From NCBI GenBank assembly GCA_963837955.1, contig CAWIPH010000002.1, positions 2,944,001 to 3,008,000 of the forward strand: a stretch of 64,000 nt of DNA, given 5' to 3'. Shown here piece after piece: positions 48,809 to 59,683 of the stretch (position 1 is the first letter of the stretch; every line of letters begins with the position of its first letter). Position numbers and translations under genes: made by a program. The stretch comes from an uncultured Verrucomicrobiae bacterium (GTDB lineage Bacteria > Verrucomicrobiota > Verrucomicrobiia > Chthoniobacterales > JAFAMB01). The notes beneath the pieces were generated by a model that had not been told where the DNA came from, did not search any database, and was given only the letters and a program-made list of their open reading frames with translations.

Positions 48809-51511
48809 ATGCTGCGCGAAGATCCGAGCCCGGCACCCCAGGCGCACCTTGAATTCTGGCAGAGTCAATTGGCTAACTCATCCCTTTTGGAATTACCAAT
48901 TGATTGCCCGCGATCGCTGACCCAAACCTACGCCGCTGCGACGGAGCCTTTCACCTTGTCAGCTACGCTCGGGTCTTCGCTCTGGAAGTACGAAGGCCAG
49001 CGAGACGGCGGAGTTTCCTCGATTCTCCTTGCGACGGTCAAAGTGCTACTATTTCGCTACACCAACCAGGAAGATGTCGTCGTAGCCATTCCGTCGTTCC
49101 AGGCTGGCCGCCAAGTTGAGGAACCCGCCGCCGGTGATAGGCAGCTTCCGAAATTTTTTTTCTTACGGACCCGTCTCCATTCTGATCTTTCATTTCGGGA
49201 AGTCTTGAATCGCGTCCAGGCTGCGACCGCCGACATGCTGCGACATTCGGAAATCTCGACCGAGCAAGTGTCAACTTTGCTGCCAGGGCCCAACAGTTTC
49301 CAACGCCTGTGTCAAGTCTCGTTTGGATGTTTTCCCAGACCTCTGAGGGAAGCCGAGTTATGCCGTGGGCCGTCCCCAACGCTCGAATTGGTTCTCGCGG
49401 ATATCGCATCGGATCTCTTTTTCGTTTTGAGCGACGGGGCAAGCGGCCTGGACGGCTCCGTGATCTACAATTCCAACCTCTTCCAAGCGGCAACGATCCG
49501 ACGAATGATCGGGCACTTCGGTACGATGTTGGAAGGGATCGTCACGAATCCCGATATGCGGATCTCGGAGCTGCCAATTCTCACCAACAGCGAGGAGAAA
49601 CAGATGGTGATCGAATGGAATCAAACGAAGGTTCCATTCCCGAACCACCTTAGCATTAGTGAACTCTTCGAAAATCAGGCCAAGCAGAGTGAGGATTCGA
49701 TAGCCGTTGAACACAACGATCGCAGCTTAACGTATCGGGAATTGAATGAGCGTGCCAATGAACTCGCTCATACGCTGCGGATTGCAGGGATTCAGCCGGG
49801 AGACTTCGTCGCTATCTGCATGCACCGATCGATCGAGCTGATTATTGGCAAACTCGCCATCCTCAAGGCCGGTGCCGCATATGTACCGATTAATCCTGAA
49901 TATCCAGCGGAGCGACGCTCACTCATGCTCGAAGGCGCATCTTTGGTTTTGACGGTGGATAAAATAATCTCCGAATTCGCTACGGGTCCGGCGCGTACCA
50001 TCAGCGTAGACAGTCCGGACCTAAGGAGTGCCAGCGCAGAAAATCTTCCGGGGCATTCAGACGGAGAGAGCGTTATTGCCGTGCTTTACACTTCCGGCTC
50101 GACGGGTAAATCGAAAGGAGTCGCGATCGTGCATCGATCGGTCTCGGCTCTTGTGCTCAACACAAACTATATCGCCTTCGATCCGGCCGACGCTGTAGCT
50201 TTCCGGGCAAATATCTGCTTTGACGTGGCTTTGTTTGAAATATGGGGTCCACTCTTAAATGGAGGTCGGATCGTCATCATTGATCACGAGGTGCAACTCT
50301 CTCCTTCGACCTTCGTCAGCGAGATGAAACAACGGGGAGTCACAATCTTGTGGATCACCACTTCGCTTTTCCACCTGCTCGCCCGCGAAATGCCGACAGC
50401 TTTTTCCGGGCTGCGCCATGTCTTCATCGGTGGCGAGATATTAGACCCACAAAATGTCCGGAGAGTCCTGCAACATGGGCCGCCGGAACGACTGGTGAAC
50501 GTTTACGGACCGACCGAAACAACGACGTTCTCGACAACTCATCGAATCCAGTCAGTACTCGAGGGGACAAAAACGATTCCGATCGGAAAGCCGATCGCGA
50601 ACACCAGAGTGTACATACTCGACCACTGTCGCAAGCCGGTTCCGATCGGGGTGCTCGGCGAAATTTATATCGGTGGAACAGGGGTCGCGCGAGGTTACGT
50701 CGGAGCGCCCGAGTTGACGACGGCACGCTTCATTGCGGATCCTTTCTCTGCCGATGACGGAACAAAGCTCTATAAGACAGGCGACTTAGCCAAGTGGCTT
50801 CCCGATGGATCGATCGACTTCGTGGGCCGAGCGGACTTCCAAGTTAAGATCCGTGGTTTTCGCGTCGAACTCGCTGAAGTCGAGATTGCCTTAAAACGGC
50901 ATCAAGCGATCCGGGCTGCAGTGGTCGAAGTACGGAGTGATAGCGGAAAAGACAAACAACTTGCTGCCTATGTTGCCGGAGACACAGCAAAATTGACTCC
51001 AAGAGAAATTCGTGAATTTCTAAAAATTTCCCTGCCCGACTACATGATTCCGTCGGTAATTGTGGCACTCGAAGAATTCCCGATCAATGCCAATGGTAAA
51101 ATCGATCGCGATGCCCTGGCCAAGATCTCGGTTGTTCCAACCGAGAAAGTGAGGATCGCCCCGCGTAGCTTGCTGGAAAAGCAGTTAGTGGAGATTTGGG
51201 AACAAATTCTGGGAGTAGAGCCTATCGGAATCAGCGACGACTTTTTCGAAATCGGCGGAGACTCCCTCCTTGCCGTCCGTGCGACAAATCGGGTACAGGA
51301 ATTAATCGGTAGATCCGTGCGAGCCGTAGTGCTGTGGGAAGCGCCGACCATCGCAGAACTAGCGGAGCTTCTCCAGGTAACGGATGAGATGAACGGAGCG
51401 GCTGGGATAGGGCCTGAGAATGGGAACGGAGCGCAGCGGCGACTCGAGCCTGTGCCAGCGCCACAAGATGCGATCAAGGTTTTGCCTCGAATACGCCAAA
51501 GTCGGAGCTAG
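48809..51511 (+). CDS. NRPS: truncated C (C-terminal half only)-A-T
   Basis: Starts at the FWQSQL...LELPID region with no HHxxxDG; YTSGSTGKSKG, YGPTE, GGDS. The start is 48749 or 48809. Confidence 0.88.
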   Translation: MLREDPSPAPQAHLEFWQSQLANSSLLELPIDCPRSLTQTYAAATEPFTLSATLGSSLWKYEGQRDGGVSSILLATVKVLLFRYTNQEDVVVAIPSFQAGRQVEEPAAGDRQLPKFFFLRTRLHSDLSFREVLNRVQAATADMLRHSEISTEQVSTLLPGPNSFQRLCQVSFGCFPRPLREAELCRGPSPTLELVLADIASDLFFVLSDGASGLDGSVIYNSNLFQAATIRRMIGHFGTMLEGIVTNPDMRISELPILTNSEEKQMVIEWNQTKVPFPNHLSISELFENQAKQSEDSIAVEHNDRSLTYRELNERANELAHTLRIAGIQPGDFVAICMHRSIELIIGKLAILKAGAAYVPINPEYPAERRSLMLEGASLVLTVDKIISEFATGPARTISVDSPDLRSASAENLPGHSDGESVIAVLYTSGSTGKSKGVAIVHRSVSALVLNTNYIAFDPADAVAFRANICFDVALFEIWGPLLNGGRIVIIDHEVQLSPSTFVSEMKQRGVTILWITTSLFHLLAREMPTAFSGLRHVFIGGEILDPQNVRRVLQHGPPERLVNVYGPTETTTFSTTHRIQSVLEGTKTIPIGKPIANTRVYILDHCRKPVPIGVLGEIYIGGTGVARGYVGAPELTTARFIADPFSADDGTKLYKTGDLAKWLPDGSIDFVGRADFQVKIRGFRVELAEVEIALKRHQAIRAAVVEVRSDSGKDKQLAAYVAGDTAKLTPREIREFLKISLPDYMIPSVIVALEEFPINANGKIDRDALAKISVVPTEKVRIAPRSLLEKQLVEIWEQILGVEPIGISDDFFEIGGDSLLAVRATNRVQELIGRSVRAVVLWEAPTIAELAELLQVTDEMNGAAGIGPENGNGAQRRLEPVPAPQDAIKVLPRIRQSRS

Positions 51512-51522
51512 TCGAGCGTTTT

Positions 51523-54500
51523 ATGAGGGAAACGCCCGTCATGCCCGACGTCGCTCAACTTGAGCCAACTGAAGATAGTTTCGTCCTGCCGACTTCTTTT
51601 GCTCAAGAAAGCTTGTGGTTTATTGATCAACTCATCCCGGGAAACTCGCTTTACAACATTCCGACAGCTGCTCGAGTGCTTGGTGAGCTAGACGTTGCCG
51701 TTTTGGAACGTAGTTTCGCTGAGATTGTGCGACGGCATGAGGTCTTGCGTACCACCTTGCGCGCAATCGACGGTCTTCCGATGCAGGTAATCGCTCCCGC
51801 AGGCAATGTAATGCTCGAATTTGCGGATCTGAGCGCGCTGGAACCGAACCAACGCGCTTTGGAGGAACAACGTCTGATCACGCTGGAGGGTGCGGAACCG
51901 TTTGACCTCGCCCGCGGCCCTTTGATGCGAGCGAAATTGGTGCGCGCGGCTAAGAATGAGCACGTCCTGATAACCACCCGACACCATATCGTGACCGATG
52001 ATTGGTCGGAGGTGTTGTTTATGCAGGAGCTGGTCACAAGCTACCAGGCATACGTTGATGGCCGAGAGCCGGTGCTGCCGGAGCTGACGATTCAGTATGC
52101 GGATTTTGCGCAGTGGCAACGTGAACATTTGCAGGGCGAAGTGCGCGAATCGCACATCGCCTACTGGCGTAAGAATCTCGCCGACGTGCCGGATCTGCAG
52201 CTGCCCACTGATCGACGGCGCCCGCTTGCTCCCTCCTACGCCGCCGGGACGGAGTCAATCGAGTTGCGGACTCACCTGGCGACATCTTTAAAAGCCTTGG
52301 CCAAACAAGAGGGAGTGACGTTATTCACGGTCCTGCTCGCGGCTTTCAAAGTACTTTTGTCGCGCTACTCTGGCCAGGAAGATGTCACTGTGGGATCGCC
52401 TTTCGCGCATCGCAACCGGACCGAAACCGAGAATCTGCTCGGTTATTTTATCAATCCGACGGCGCTCCGCACGAAGCTGGATGGTGACCCAACCTTTCGG
52501 GAAACGGTTCGGCGGGTGCGTGATACCGCGTTGGGTGCTCATCAGCATCAGGATGTTCCCTTCGAGATGTTGGTGAAAGAGTTGGCGACTGAACGAAATC
52601 CTGGCCGAAACCCGCTCTTCCAGACCATGTTTGTCATGGTCAACGCTCGGCCCAAGACTTACTCCTCACGAGATCTGACGATCGTTCCGATCGAGCTCGA
52701 AGAACAGACAGCCAGGTTCGACTTGACGCTGTACTTGTTCAGCAGCGCCGAAGAAATCCGTGGCTCGCTAATCTATAGCGTCGATCTTTTTGACCCCGCG
52801 ACTATTCGACGGATGGCTAAGCATTTCTGTGCGCTTGTCTCCGGCATTGTCGCAAATCCGGACGCTCGAATATCCGAACTCCCCCTGCTGACCCAAGAGG
52901 AACGCGAGCAGATCTTGGTCGAGTGGAACCGAACTCAGACTGAGTTTCCTTCCGGCGCCAGCATCGACCAACTCTTTGAGGAGCAAGCCGGCAAGACACC
53001 GAACGCGATTGCCATCGAGTCCGGAGACACCCAATGGAGCTACGAGGATCTGAATCAGCGAGCGAACCAACTTGCTCAGATTCTTCGTCAAACAGGTATT
53101 GGCGCTGAAACGTTTGTTGGCCTGTTCCTGGACCGCTCGCCGGAGCTATTCGCAGGAATGTTGGCGATTTTGAAGGTTGGTGGAGCCTACGTGCCAATCG
53201 ATCCCGGCTATCCGGCAGAGCGGCGTACAGTCATGCTTGAGCAAGTGACAATCGTCATTACGGCGAAACGCTATTCCAGCTCCGTTTCTGCTGGTTCAGC
53301 TCGAGTGATCTACATCGAGGATATAGCCGTTACATCTGCCTCGATTTCGGCTCCCCCAATCGAGACTCCTTCGCCTCCGTCGCAGGGCAACAGCATTGCT
53401 TACGTTATCTACACCTCCGGTTCGACGGGAAAACCTAAGGGTGTGATGGTTCCTCACCGGGGAGTCGTTCGGCTATTTCGCGGATCCAACTTCCTCAGCA
53501 TCCGAGCGTCTGATGTGATCGCTCAAACACTCAACCCCTGCTTTGATGCATCGGTACAGGAGATATGGGGAGCGCTTCTCCACGGTGCCCGGTTGGTGAT
53601 CCTGGATAACGAGGTTCTTTTATCTCCGCCGAGATTCAAACAGGCTTTACAAGACTACAACATCACGGCGTGGATGACTACCACAGCGCTGTTTAACTTG
53701 ATGGCCAACGAGGTTCCTGAAGCGTTCGCAAAGCTCAATTACGTCGTGTTTGGCGGGGAAGCAGCCGACCCTCAGAGCGTTTCGCGGGTTCTGCGATGCG
53801 GAGCCCCGGCGCATCTCTTCAACGCTTATGGGCCTACCGAGGCATCGGTCGTTACGACATGTTTGGATATCAAACACTTGGAAGAGGACGCCATTTCCGT
53901 TTCCATTGGACGACCGATTTCTAATACTACAATTTATCTGCTCGATCGGTTTAAGGCTCCGGTTCCGATCGGAGTTGTTGGAGAGCTCTACATCGGGGGT
54001 CCCGGAGTGGCACGTGGGTACGTTAAGGCACCTGAACTGACGGCCGAACGTTTTGTTGCAGATCCATTTTCGAACGAGTCCGGCGTGCGCCTCTATCGTA
54101 CCGGAGATCTGGCTCGTTGGCTGCCGGATGGAACGATCGAATTCATTGGCCGCACCGATCATCAAGTCAAAATCCGCGGGTTTCGCATCGAGCTCGGCGA
54201 GATTGAAGCGGTTTTGAATCAGCATCCCGCGGTCAAACACGCAGCCGTGCAGCTCAGGGAACGTAATGGCGAAAAGCGCCTCTTGGCTTATGCAGCGGGT
54301 GACTTATCTCAACTGAACGAAGAATCACTTCGCGATTTTCTCAAACAGAAGCTGCCGGACTATATGGTGCCTTCTGCGATCGTCACCCTCGAAAAACTGC
54401 CGGTGGATTCAAATGGGAAAATCGACCGGCGCAACTTACCGGAACCTTTGAGAGCGGATCAGGGAAGGGTGGCCGTTGCACCGCGAGACGCTCTCGAGGC

Positions 54501-55545
54501 CCACCTGGTCGGAATCTGGGAGAAAATACTCGAATCATCTGCTATTGGTGTTACCGACAATTTCTTCCAACTTGGTGGACATTCGCTTCTCGCTGTTCGC
54601 ATTTTTTCCGAGATCGAGAGAACCCTCGCAAGGAAGCTCCCTCTGTCGACGCTGTTTAAGGCTCCAACGGTGGAAGCGCTGGCCGATGTCTTGCGCCGAC
54701 AAGAGCGGGAGAAAGAGTGCTCCGCGCTGGTGGCCATCCAACCGCTCGGTGCGCGGCCGCCTTTTTTCAACGTGCACGACGGCTACGGTTCGGCGATCTA
54801 TTACGGCCTCCTGGCCGGTTGCCTTGGATCCGAACAGCCGTTCTATGGTTTCTTGGCCCGGAACAAAGACGGAGGCGTTCTCCGACAGACCTCAATCGAA
54901 ACAATTGCCAAGTACTACATCGACGAGATACTTCAGGTGCAGCCGGTCGGCCCATATTACCTGGGTGGGTTCTGTCTGGGCGGTGTGATCGCTTTCGAGA
55001 TGGCTCAGCAACTCTATGCCGTCGGGGAAGAAGTCGCTTTGTTGGCGTTGTTTGACACCAACAATCCGGCAACGCCGCGACGCCGACACACATTGGTGGA
55101 GCGGTTGCGTCGCCATGCTGTCCTCACGAAGAACACCTCCCTCCGCCAAAAAATGGGCACGACGGCCAGCCGGGTCAAGCGCCACGCAAATAAGTGGCGG
55201 GAGCGCATCCTCAATCGTGCTTCCAGTGAAAGGCCGGCGCCAAATGAGATTTTCGGACGCGAAATCGAAGCGATCCTCAATCGTGCGCAACAGGCCTACA
55301 CGCCTCAGTGCTATCCCGGGAAGCTCACCCTCATCCTACCGGAGAACGACCTCGAAGGATACGAGCTTCGGCCGGATCGAGGCTGGACCGAACTCGCGGA
55401 GGGTGGGATTGAAATTCACTATATACCCGGCGGCCATGGCTCAATGTTCAAGCAGCCGAGTGTCGGGTATTTAGCCGACGTAGTCCAAACATGCCTTAGG
55501 GCGGCGTCGGAGCAGAGCATGGTCCCGCAGCGCGCCGCCAGATGA
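51523..55545 (+). CDS. NRPS: C-A-T-TE
   Basis: SFAQESLWF, RHEVLRT, HHIVTDD, YTSGSTGKPKG, GGHS, TE GFCLG. Confidence 0.93.
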   Translation: MRETPVMPDVAQLEPTEDSFVLPTSFAQESLWFIDQLIPGNSLYNIPTAARVLGELDVAVLERSFAEIVRRHEVLRTTLRAIDGLPMQVIAPAGNVMLEFADLSALEPNQRALEEQRLITLEGAEPFDLARGPLMRAKLVRAAKNEHVLITTRHHIVTDDWSEVLFMQELVTSYQAYVDGREPVLPELTIQYADFAQWQREHLQGEVRESHIAYWRKNLADVPDLQLPTDRRRPLAPSYAAGTESIELRTHLATSLKALAKQEGVTLFTVLLAAFKVLLSRYSGQEDVTVGSPFAHRNRTETENLLGYFINPTALRTKLDGDPTFRETVRRVRDTALGAHQHQDVPFEMLVKELATERNPGRNPLFQTMFVMVNARPKTYSSRDLTIVPIELEEQTARFDLTLYLFSSAEEIRGSLIYSVDLFDPATIRRMAKHFCALVSGIVANPDARISELPLLTQEEREQILVEWNRTQTEFPSGASIDQLFEEQAGKTPNAIAIESGDTQWSYEDLNQRANQLAQILRQTGIGAETFVGLFLDRSPELFAGMLAILKVGGAYVPIDPGYPAERRTVMLEQVTIVITAKRYSSSVSAGSARVIYIEDIAVTSASISAPPIETPSPPSQGNSIAYVIYTSGSTGKPKGVMVPHRGVVRLFRGSNFLSIRASDVIAQTLNPCFDASVQEIWGALLHGARLVILDNEVLLSPPRFKQALQDYNITAWMTTTALFNLMANEVPEAFAKLNYVVFGGEAADPQSVSRVLRCGAPAHLFNAYGPTEASVVTTCLDIKHLEEDAISVSIGRPISNTTIYLLDRFKAPVPIGVVGELYIGGPGVARGYVKAPELTAERFVADPFSNESGVRLYRTGDLARWLPDGTIEFIGRTDHQVKIRGFRIELGEIEAVLNQHPAVKHAAVQLRERNGEKRLLAYAAGDLSQLNEESLRDFLKQKLPDYMVPSAIVTLEKLPVDSNGKIDRRNLPEPLRADQGRVAVAPRDALEAHLVGIWEKILESSAIGVTDNFFQLGGHSLLAVRIFSEIERTLARKLPLSTLFKAPTVEALADVLRRQEREKECSALVAIQPLGARPPFFNVHDGYGSAIYYGLLAGCLGSEQPFYGFLARNKDGGVLRQTSIETIAKYYIDEILQVQPVGPYYLGGFCLGGVIAFEMAQQLYAVGEEVALLALFDTNNPATPRRRHTLVERLRRHAVLTKNTSLRQKMGTTASRVKRHANKWRERILNRASSERPAPNEIFGREIEAILNRAQQAYTPQCYPGKLTLILPENDLEGYELRPDRGWTELAEGGIEIHYIPGGHGSMFKQPSVGYLADVVQTCLRAASEQSMVPQRAAR

Positions 55546-56489
55546 AAGTTACCATTGGCGTTCCAGTTCGAAACTGCCAGGCCTGGATTCGAGAATCCAT
55601 CCAATCTGCTCTGAGCCAGACCTGGCCAGAGAAAGAGATCCTGGTTGTCGACGACGGTTCCACCGACGATACGCCACGGCTCTGTCAGAATTTTGGCCAC
55701 CAAATTCGTTATTTCTCCCAAGGGAAATTGGGAGTCAGCGCTGCGCGGAATCGCATTTTGCGCGAAGCAAGAGGGGATTGGATTCAATACCTCGACGCGG
55801 ACGATTACCTCCTGCCAGGAAAACTGGAAGCGCAATTAGGCTCGACAGACAGTCTCACCGAGGTCGACGTGATTTTCGGTTCGTTTCTGATCGAGACTTT
55901 GCAGGATGGCAACGCGGTTATCCGCCGTTCCTACGCTATTAGCAAATCAAGCAATCTACTGGAACTCTGGATGGTTCAAAAACTTCCCCAGATCGCCGGG
56001 TGCCTTTGGAAGAAGACCGCACTTCTACGGATCGGCGGATGGGACGAGTCCCTCCAGACCGGCGAAGACTATGAACTCTATCTCCGAGTTCTCCAGGCCA
56101 ACCTGCGGCTTCATATTGTTGAGAATCCCTTGGCGGTGTGGCGCTGGTGGTCTGTCGGAACATTGGGCCGAGAATACCGCAATCAAATGTGCCTGGTTTA
56201 CGTCGATTTAATGAAACGATGTGAGACTTGGTTGAAGTCACAAGGTCGCTGGACCGATACCTTGCAGGATCTGGCCGAACGAAAGCGTTTTTTTTTCGCT
56301 CGGGAGATTGCGAAAACTGATATCGAACTGGCCGCCCACTACTACCAAGAGCAGAAGGCGATAGGTTCGATCGGAATCGACCGCTCGATTGCTCCTTGGA
56401 AGTATGAAATCATGTTGCGGTTCTTAGGATTCAAGCGCGCCGAGCAAATCGCTCGGATGCTGCGTCCCGCCGAAGTGAACCCGACCTGA
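55542..56489 (+). CDS. Glycosyltransferase family 2
   Basis: VVDDGSTD, SAARN, YLDADD, GEDYEL; start overlaps the NRPS stop (ATGA). Confidence 0.92.
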   Translation: MKVTIGVPVRNCQAWIRESIQSALSQTWPEKEILVVDDGSTDDTPRLCQNFGHQIRYFSQGKLGVSAARNRILREARGDWIQYLDADDYLLPGKLEAQLGSTDSLTEVDVIFGSFLIETLQDGNAVIRRSYAISKSSNLLELWMVQKLPQIAGCLWKKTALLRIGGWDESLQTGEDYELYLRVLQANLRLHIVENPLAVWRWWSVGTLGREYRNQMCLVYVDLMKRCETWLKSQGRWTDTLQDLAERKRFFFAREIAKTDIELAAHYYQEQKAIGSIGIDRSIAPWKYEIMLRFLGFKRAEQIARMLRPAEVNPT

Positions 56490-56624
56490 CTCCTATCAGC
56501 TACGCTCCCCCTTCGCGATGGCCGGCAAGAGTCAGCTCGCCGGCAGAAGCCTCAGCGGCCACAAAAATCTTCGCATTAAAGAGAAGGCCCTGGAAATGCG
56601 CTTGCTTAGGATCAAGTTACTCGC

Positions 56625-56945
56625 GTGCGATCGAGTTTCCGGCGCGCCTGGACCGGCTACCGCCGCTTGCGTTTCTTTGCTATCGGGCTTTTTGCGGCCT
56701 TTATGCTGGAGCTGCGTTATCTGCAGTTTCTTCCTGGGCTTGTGTTTGCATTGACTTTTGTGGCCTACTATTTTTCTGCAACGTGCTTAGCCAACTGGAA
56801 GTGTCCGCGGTGTCGCCAGCCCTTTTTCCGTGGTTCTTTCGTTCGCAGCTTTTTTGGCGGCAAATGTTTCCATTGCGACCTTCCAAAATGGAGTGATACG
56901 GAAACGGGTAAAGCGCCGATACCGCGAAAACTCCGGTTGCCCTGA
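56625..56945 (+). CDS. Small membrane protein with Zn ribbon
   Basis: Two hydrophobic helices followed by CPRC...CFHC. Confidence 0.55.
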   Translation: MRSSFRRAWTGYRRLRFFAIGLFAAFMLELRYLQFLPGLVFALTFVAYYFSATCLANWKCPRCRQPFFRGSFVRSFFGGKCFHCDLPKWSDTETGKAPIPRKLRLP

Positions 56946-56987
56946 TCCGGTACGCTACCGTCTTGCCATGGGCGGGCGAAATCGGCT

Positions 56988-59051
56988 TCAGGCCGGCAGA
57001 GCTGGCGCCCGCCCACCGTAGCCCCGAAACGGGCGGTTTTCTAGTAAGTTGTAATCCGCGTAGAAACGGCGACCACTCAGATGTTTTGGTACGGCATTGA
57101 CTACCAAGCCCGAGACGCGAATTTCCCGAAACTTCAGTTCCTCTAGCGCCATGGTTGCATCATTTGGGCGGCTGAGGCCGAGTCGAACAACAAATAACGT
57201 AGCGTCGGCGTACGCGGCCAGGGCTACGCCGTCGGTCGTCGCGAGTACCGGCGGAGTATCGATTAGAATATAATCAAACTGCGCATTAAGCTCTTGGCGT
57301 AATTCAGCTAAATCAAAGCTAAGCAAATGCTCAGTGATGTTCTGAATCCGCTGGCCGCATGGCATCAAATAGAGATGCGGCATTCGAGTCTCGCACAGGG
57401 TCTCCTGCAAGCCTTTCTGTCGCGTTAGGAGATCCGAAAGACCGGCCCCGTTTTCGACGCTAAGCAACTGATGGAGCCGGCCTCTCCGCATGTCGCCATC
57501 GATGAGTAGGGTACGCGCATTTGTGGCCGCTAAGGCTATCGCCAAATTTGTTGCCACCAAAGATTTACCTTCCCGCGGAACGGCGCTGGTCACGGCCACG
57601 CACTGCATAGCTAAGAATTCTTGCGGTCGCCGAAGAACGCTGGAGCGCAGATGACGAAACGATTCCGCAATTCCGACGTGCTCGGGCGTACAATCAAGCA
57701 CAGTCTTCTGTTTGGTGATCCATGGATCGCGTAAGATCTTACCCACGATGGGGAGATGCAAAGCACGAAGGACTCCCTCAATCGTCATGAAGCGCGGTAC
57801 TAACCGGGAATACAAAGCGATTCCAGCCAGAGCCAGGACAAGCCCAAGAGCTCCAAACTGCACGTAACTTAGAAACCGCGACTTTATCACCTCAGTCCCA
57901 TCCGAGGCGCTCTCCAAAATTGCGATCGGCTCTTGTTCCAGTTGTTTGCCGACATCGATACTCTGAAGCTGACTCACCAGTTTGTTAGAGGTCTCCCGGC
58001 TGCTATCTACCTTCGATTTCAGATTCTGGTATTTGTTCAGATTGTCGTTCAGATCGATTAGGTGAGCCTGTTTCTGTTGAACTTCTTTTTCCAGGCCTTC
58101 CGTTTCGCGATCGATGGCACTGATTTGATCGCTTCGGTGATCTTTCTGTTGTGAACGAAGAACCGTGAGTAGGTTTTTGTCTCCGGCTATCTTTAGGTCC
58201 AGTTGCTTGATCTTCGGATGTTCCGGTTTCAAGTTCTTGAGGAGGCGTTCGCGCTCAGATTCTTGCAACGCCAAGTCTTGTTGGGTCGTTAGCACCCGAT
58301 CTTGGGCTCCGTCAACTTGGGTACTTCCGCTGGAAATAGAACCATCCAAGGGAATCGCGGCGGCCGCGGCCGACGCGTCGACCCCACTACCGGTGACAGC
58401 TACCGACCTCTCGAGTCGCAGATCCGCGATTCGCTTATGCAGTGTGTTCAGGTACGCGGTGGTTGCCGTGACATCTTCGGTTAGAGAAATGACGCTGAAT
58501 TGGCGTTGGAATTCGTTCAGGCTTTGCGTTCCCCGATCCAGTTCCTGCTGCACGCTCACGATCTCTTGGGCCGCCGCCGAGGAAGCAGCCTCCGTGCGTT
58601 GGAGGCGCATGTCGCGACGGACGGCAAAGAAAGCTTGCATGCTCGCTTCCAGCAGCGCTTGCGTATAAACGGGATCAGTGCCGGTTGCGCTCAACACGAA
58701 GATGGCCGTTCGCGGTATGAAGCTGACCCGAAGGTCGACCCTGGATTTCGGTGGTATAAGCCCGCGATCAGCTACAATTTTTCGAGCGCGCACTGCCACC
58801 GCATCGCCCTGAATGATGGCCGCCTGCGTTCCCAGAAAGTCCTCTCCGTTCTCCGTGTAAACGGCCCCTGTATCCAAATTGATCTTCCCAGCAATCACCA
58901 TTTTCGCCTCGCTGACATACAGTGGCGCTTCGTGCGACCTTAACCATCCTGCGGCTAACAGTCCCCCGAAAATCAAGATGACTGGAAACCACCATAAGCG
59001 CCGAACCTCGGCGTAAAACGTTCCAAAATCGAAGGAATTCATAACTTGCAC
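56988..59051 (-). CDS. wzc: Polysaccharide co-polymerase / BY-kinase (Wzc-like)
   Basis: Two TM helices flanking a coiled coil; AESFRHLRS, Walker A SAVPREGKS, IDGDMR, Walker B LIDTPP. Confidence 0.9.
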   Translation of the reverse strand: MQVMNSFDFGTFYAEVRRLWWFPVILIFGGLLAAGWLRSHEAPLYVSEAKMVIAGKINLDTGAVYTENGEDFLGTQAAIIQGDAVAVRARKIVADRGLIPPKSRVDLRVSFIPRTAIFVLSATGTDPVYTQALLEASMQAFFAVRRDMRLQRTEAASSAAAQEIVSVQQELDRGTQSLNEFQRQFSVISLTEDVTATTAYLNTLHKRIADLRLERSVAVTGSGVDASAAAAAIPLDGSISSGSTQVDGAQDRVLTTQQDLALQESERERLLKNLKPEHPKIKQLDLKIAGDKNLLTVLRSQQKDHRSDQISAIDRETEGLEKEVQQKQAHLIDLNDNLNKYQNLKSKVDSSRETSNKLVSQLQSIDVGKQLEQEPIAILESASDGTEVIKSRFLSYVQFGALGLVLALAGIALYSRLVPRFMTIEGVLRALHLPIVGKILRDPWITKQKTVLDCTPEHVGIAESFRHLRSSVLRRPQEFLAMQCVAVTSAVPREGKSLVATNLAIALAATNARTLLIDGDMRRGRLHQLLSVENGAGLSDLLTRQKGLQETLCETRMPHLYLMPCGQRIQNITEHLLSFDLAELRQELNAQFDYILIDTPPVLATTDGVALAAYADATLFVVRLGLSRPNDATMALEELKFREIRVSGLVVNAVPKHLSGRRFYADYNLLENRPFRGYGGRAPALPA

Positions 59052-59683
59052 TACCAGTTGAAAAATCTTGCCGGCACCACGATCACGTCGCCCGGTTTGA
59101 GCGCGACATCTAGGTCGGCTCTTCCTTGGGTCACGATCGCTGCAACATCGATCACCTTGATCTCAGTTTTGGGGGCAGACGCGCGTACCAGTTTTACTTT
59201 CCGCTTATTCGCGAAATCCGAAAATCCGCCTGACTCCAGAATTGCCTGGGCCAGGGTCAAAGACTCATTCGCTCGCAACTCGAGCGGCCCAGGTCGAGCG
59301 ATCTCACCGGTCAAGTAGATCCGTCCGGGTGAACGAACAGTCCGTCTCTCCACGGAAATCATTACCGTCGCCTTCTTGTATAGATTGCTCTCCAGCGCCC
59401 GCTTAATCTGATAGGCCAGGTCACGCGGAGTTCGGTTCATAGCCATCACACTGCCGACGTAAGGGACTTGTACCTGACCAGAATCGCTAACGGTCAACAA
59501 AGTCGCCGGATCCTCATCCTCCAAAATGCGGAACGTGAGTTGATCTCCAATTTGAATAGAGGTCTGATTGTCTAGCTGATCGATCGAAGTAAGCGGCCCG
59601 CTCGTCGTTTGGCCCTCGCCGAGCAGCGGAATTGAGGAAATCAACGTCAGGAGAAATAAAGTTAATGATCGGTTAAAACGCAT
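59051..59683 (-). CDS. Short OPX polysaccharide export protein (Poly_export + SLBB)
   Basis: IQIGDQL, VSDSGQVQVPYVG, GEIARPG, LAQAILESGG, LKPGDVIVVP; likely start ATG 59683. Confidence 0.88.
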   Translation of the reverse strand: MRFNRSLTLFLLTLISSIPLLGEGQTTSGPLTSIDQLDNQTSIQIGDQLTFRILEDEDPATLLTVSDSGQVQVPYVGSVMAMNRTPRDLAYQIKRALESNLYKKATVMISVERRTVRSPGRIYLTGEIARPGPLELRANESLTLAQAILESGGFSDFANKRKVKLVRASAPKTEIKVIDVAAIVTQGRADLDVALKPGDVIVVPARFFNW

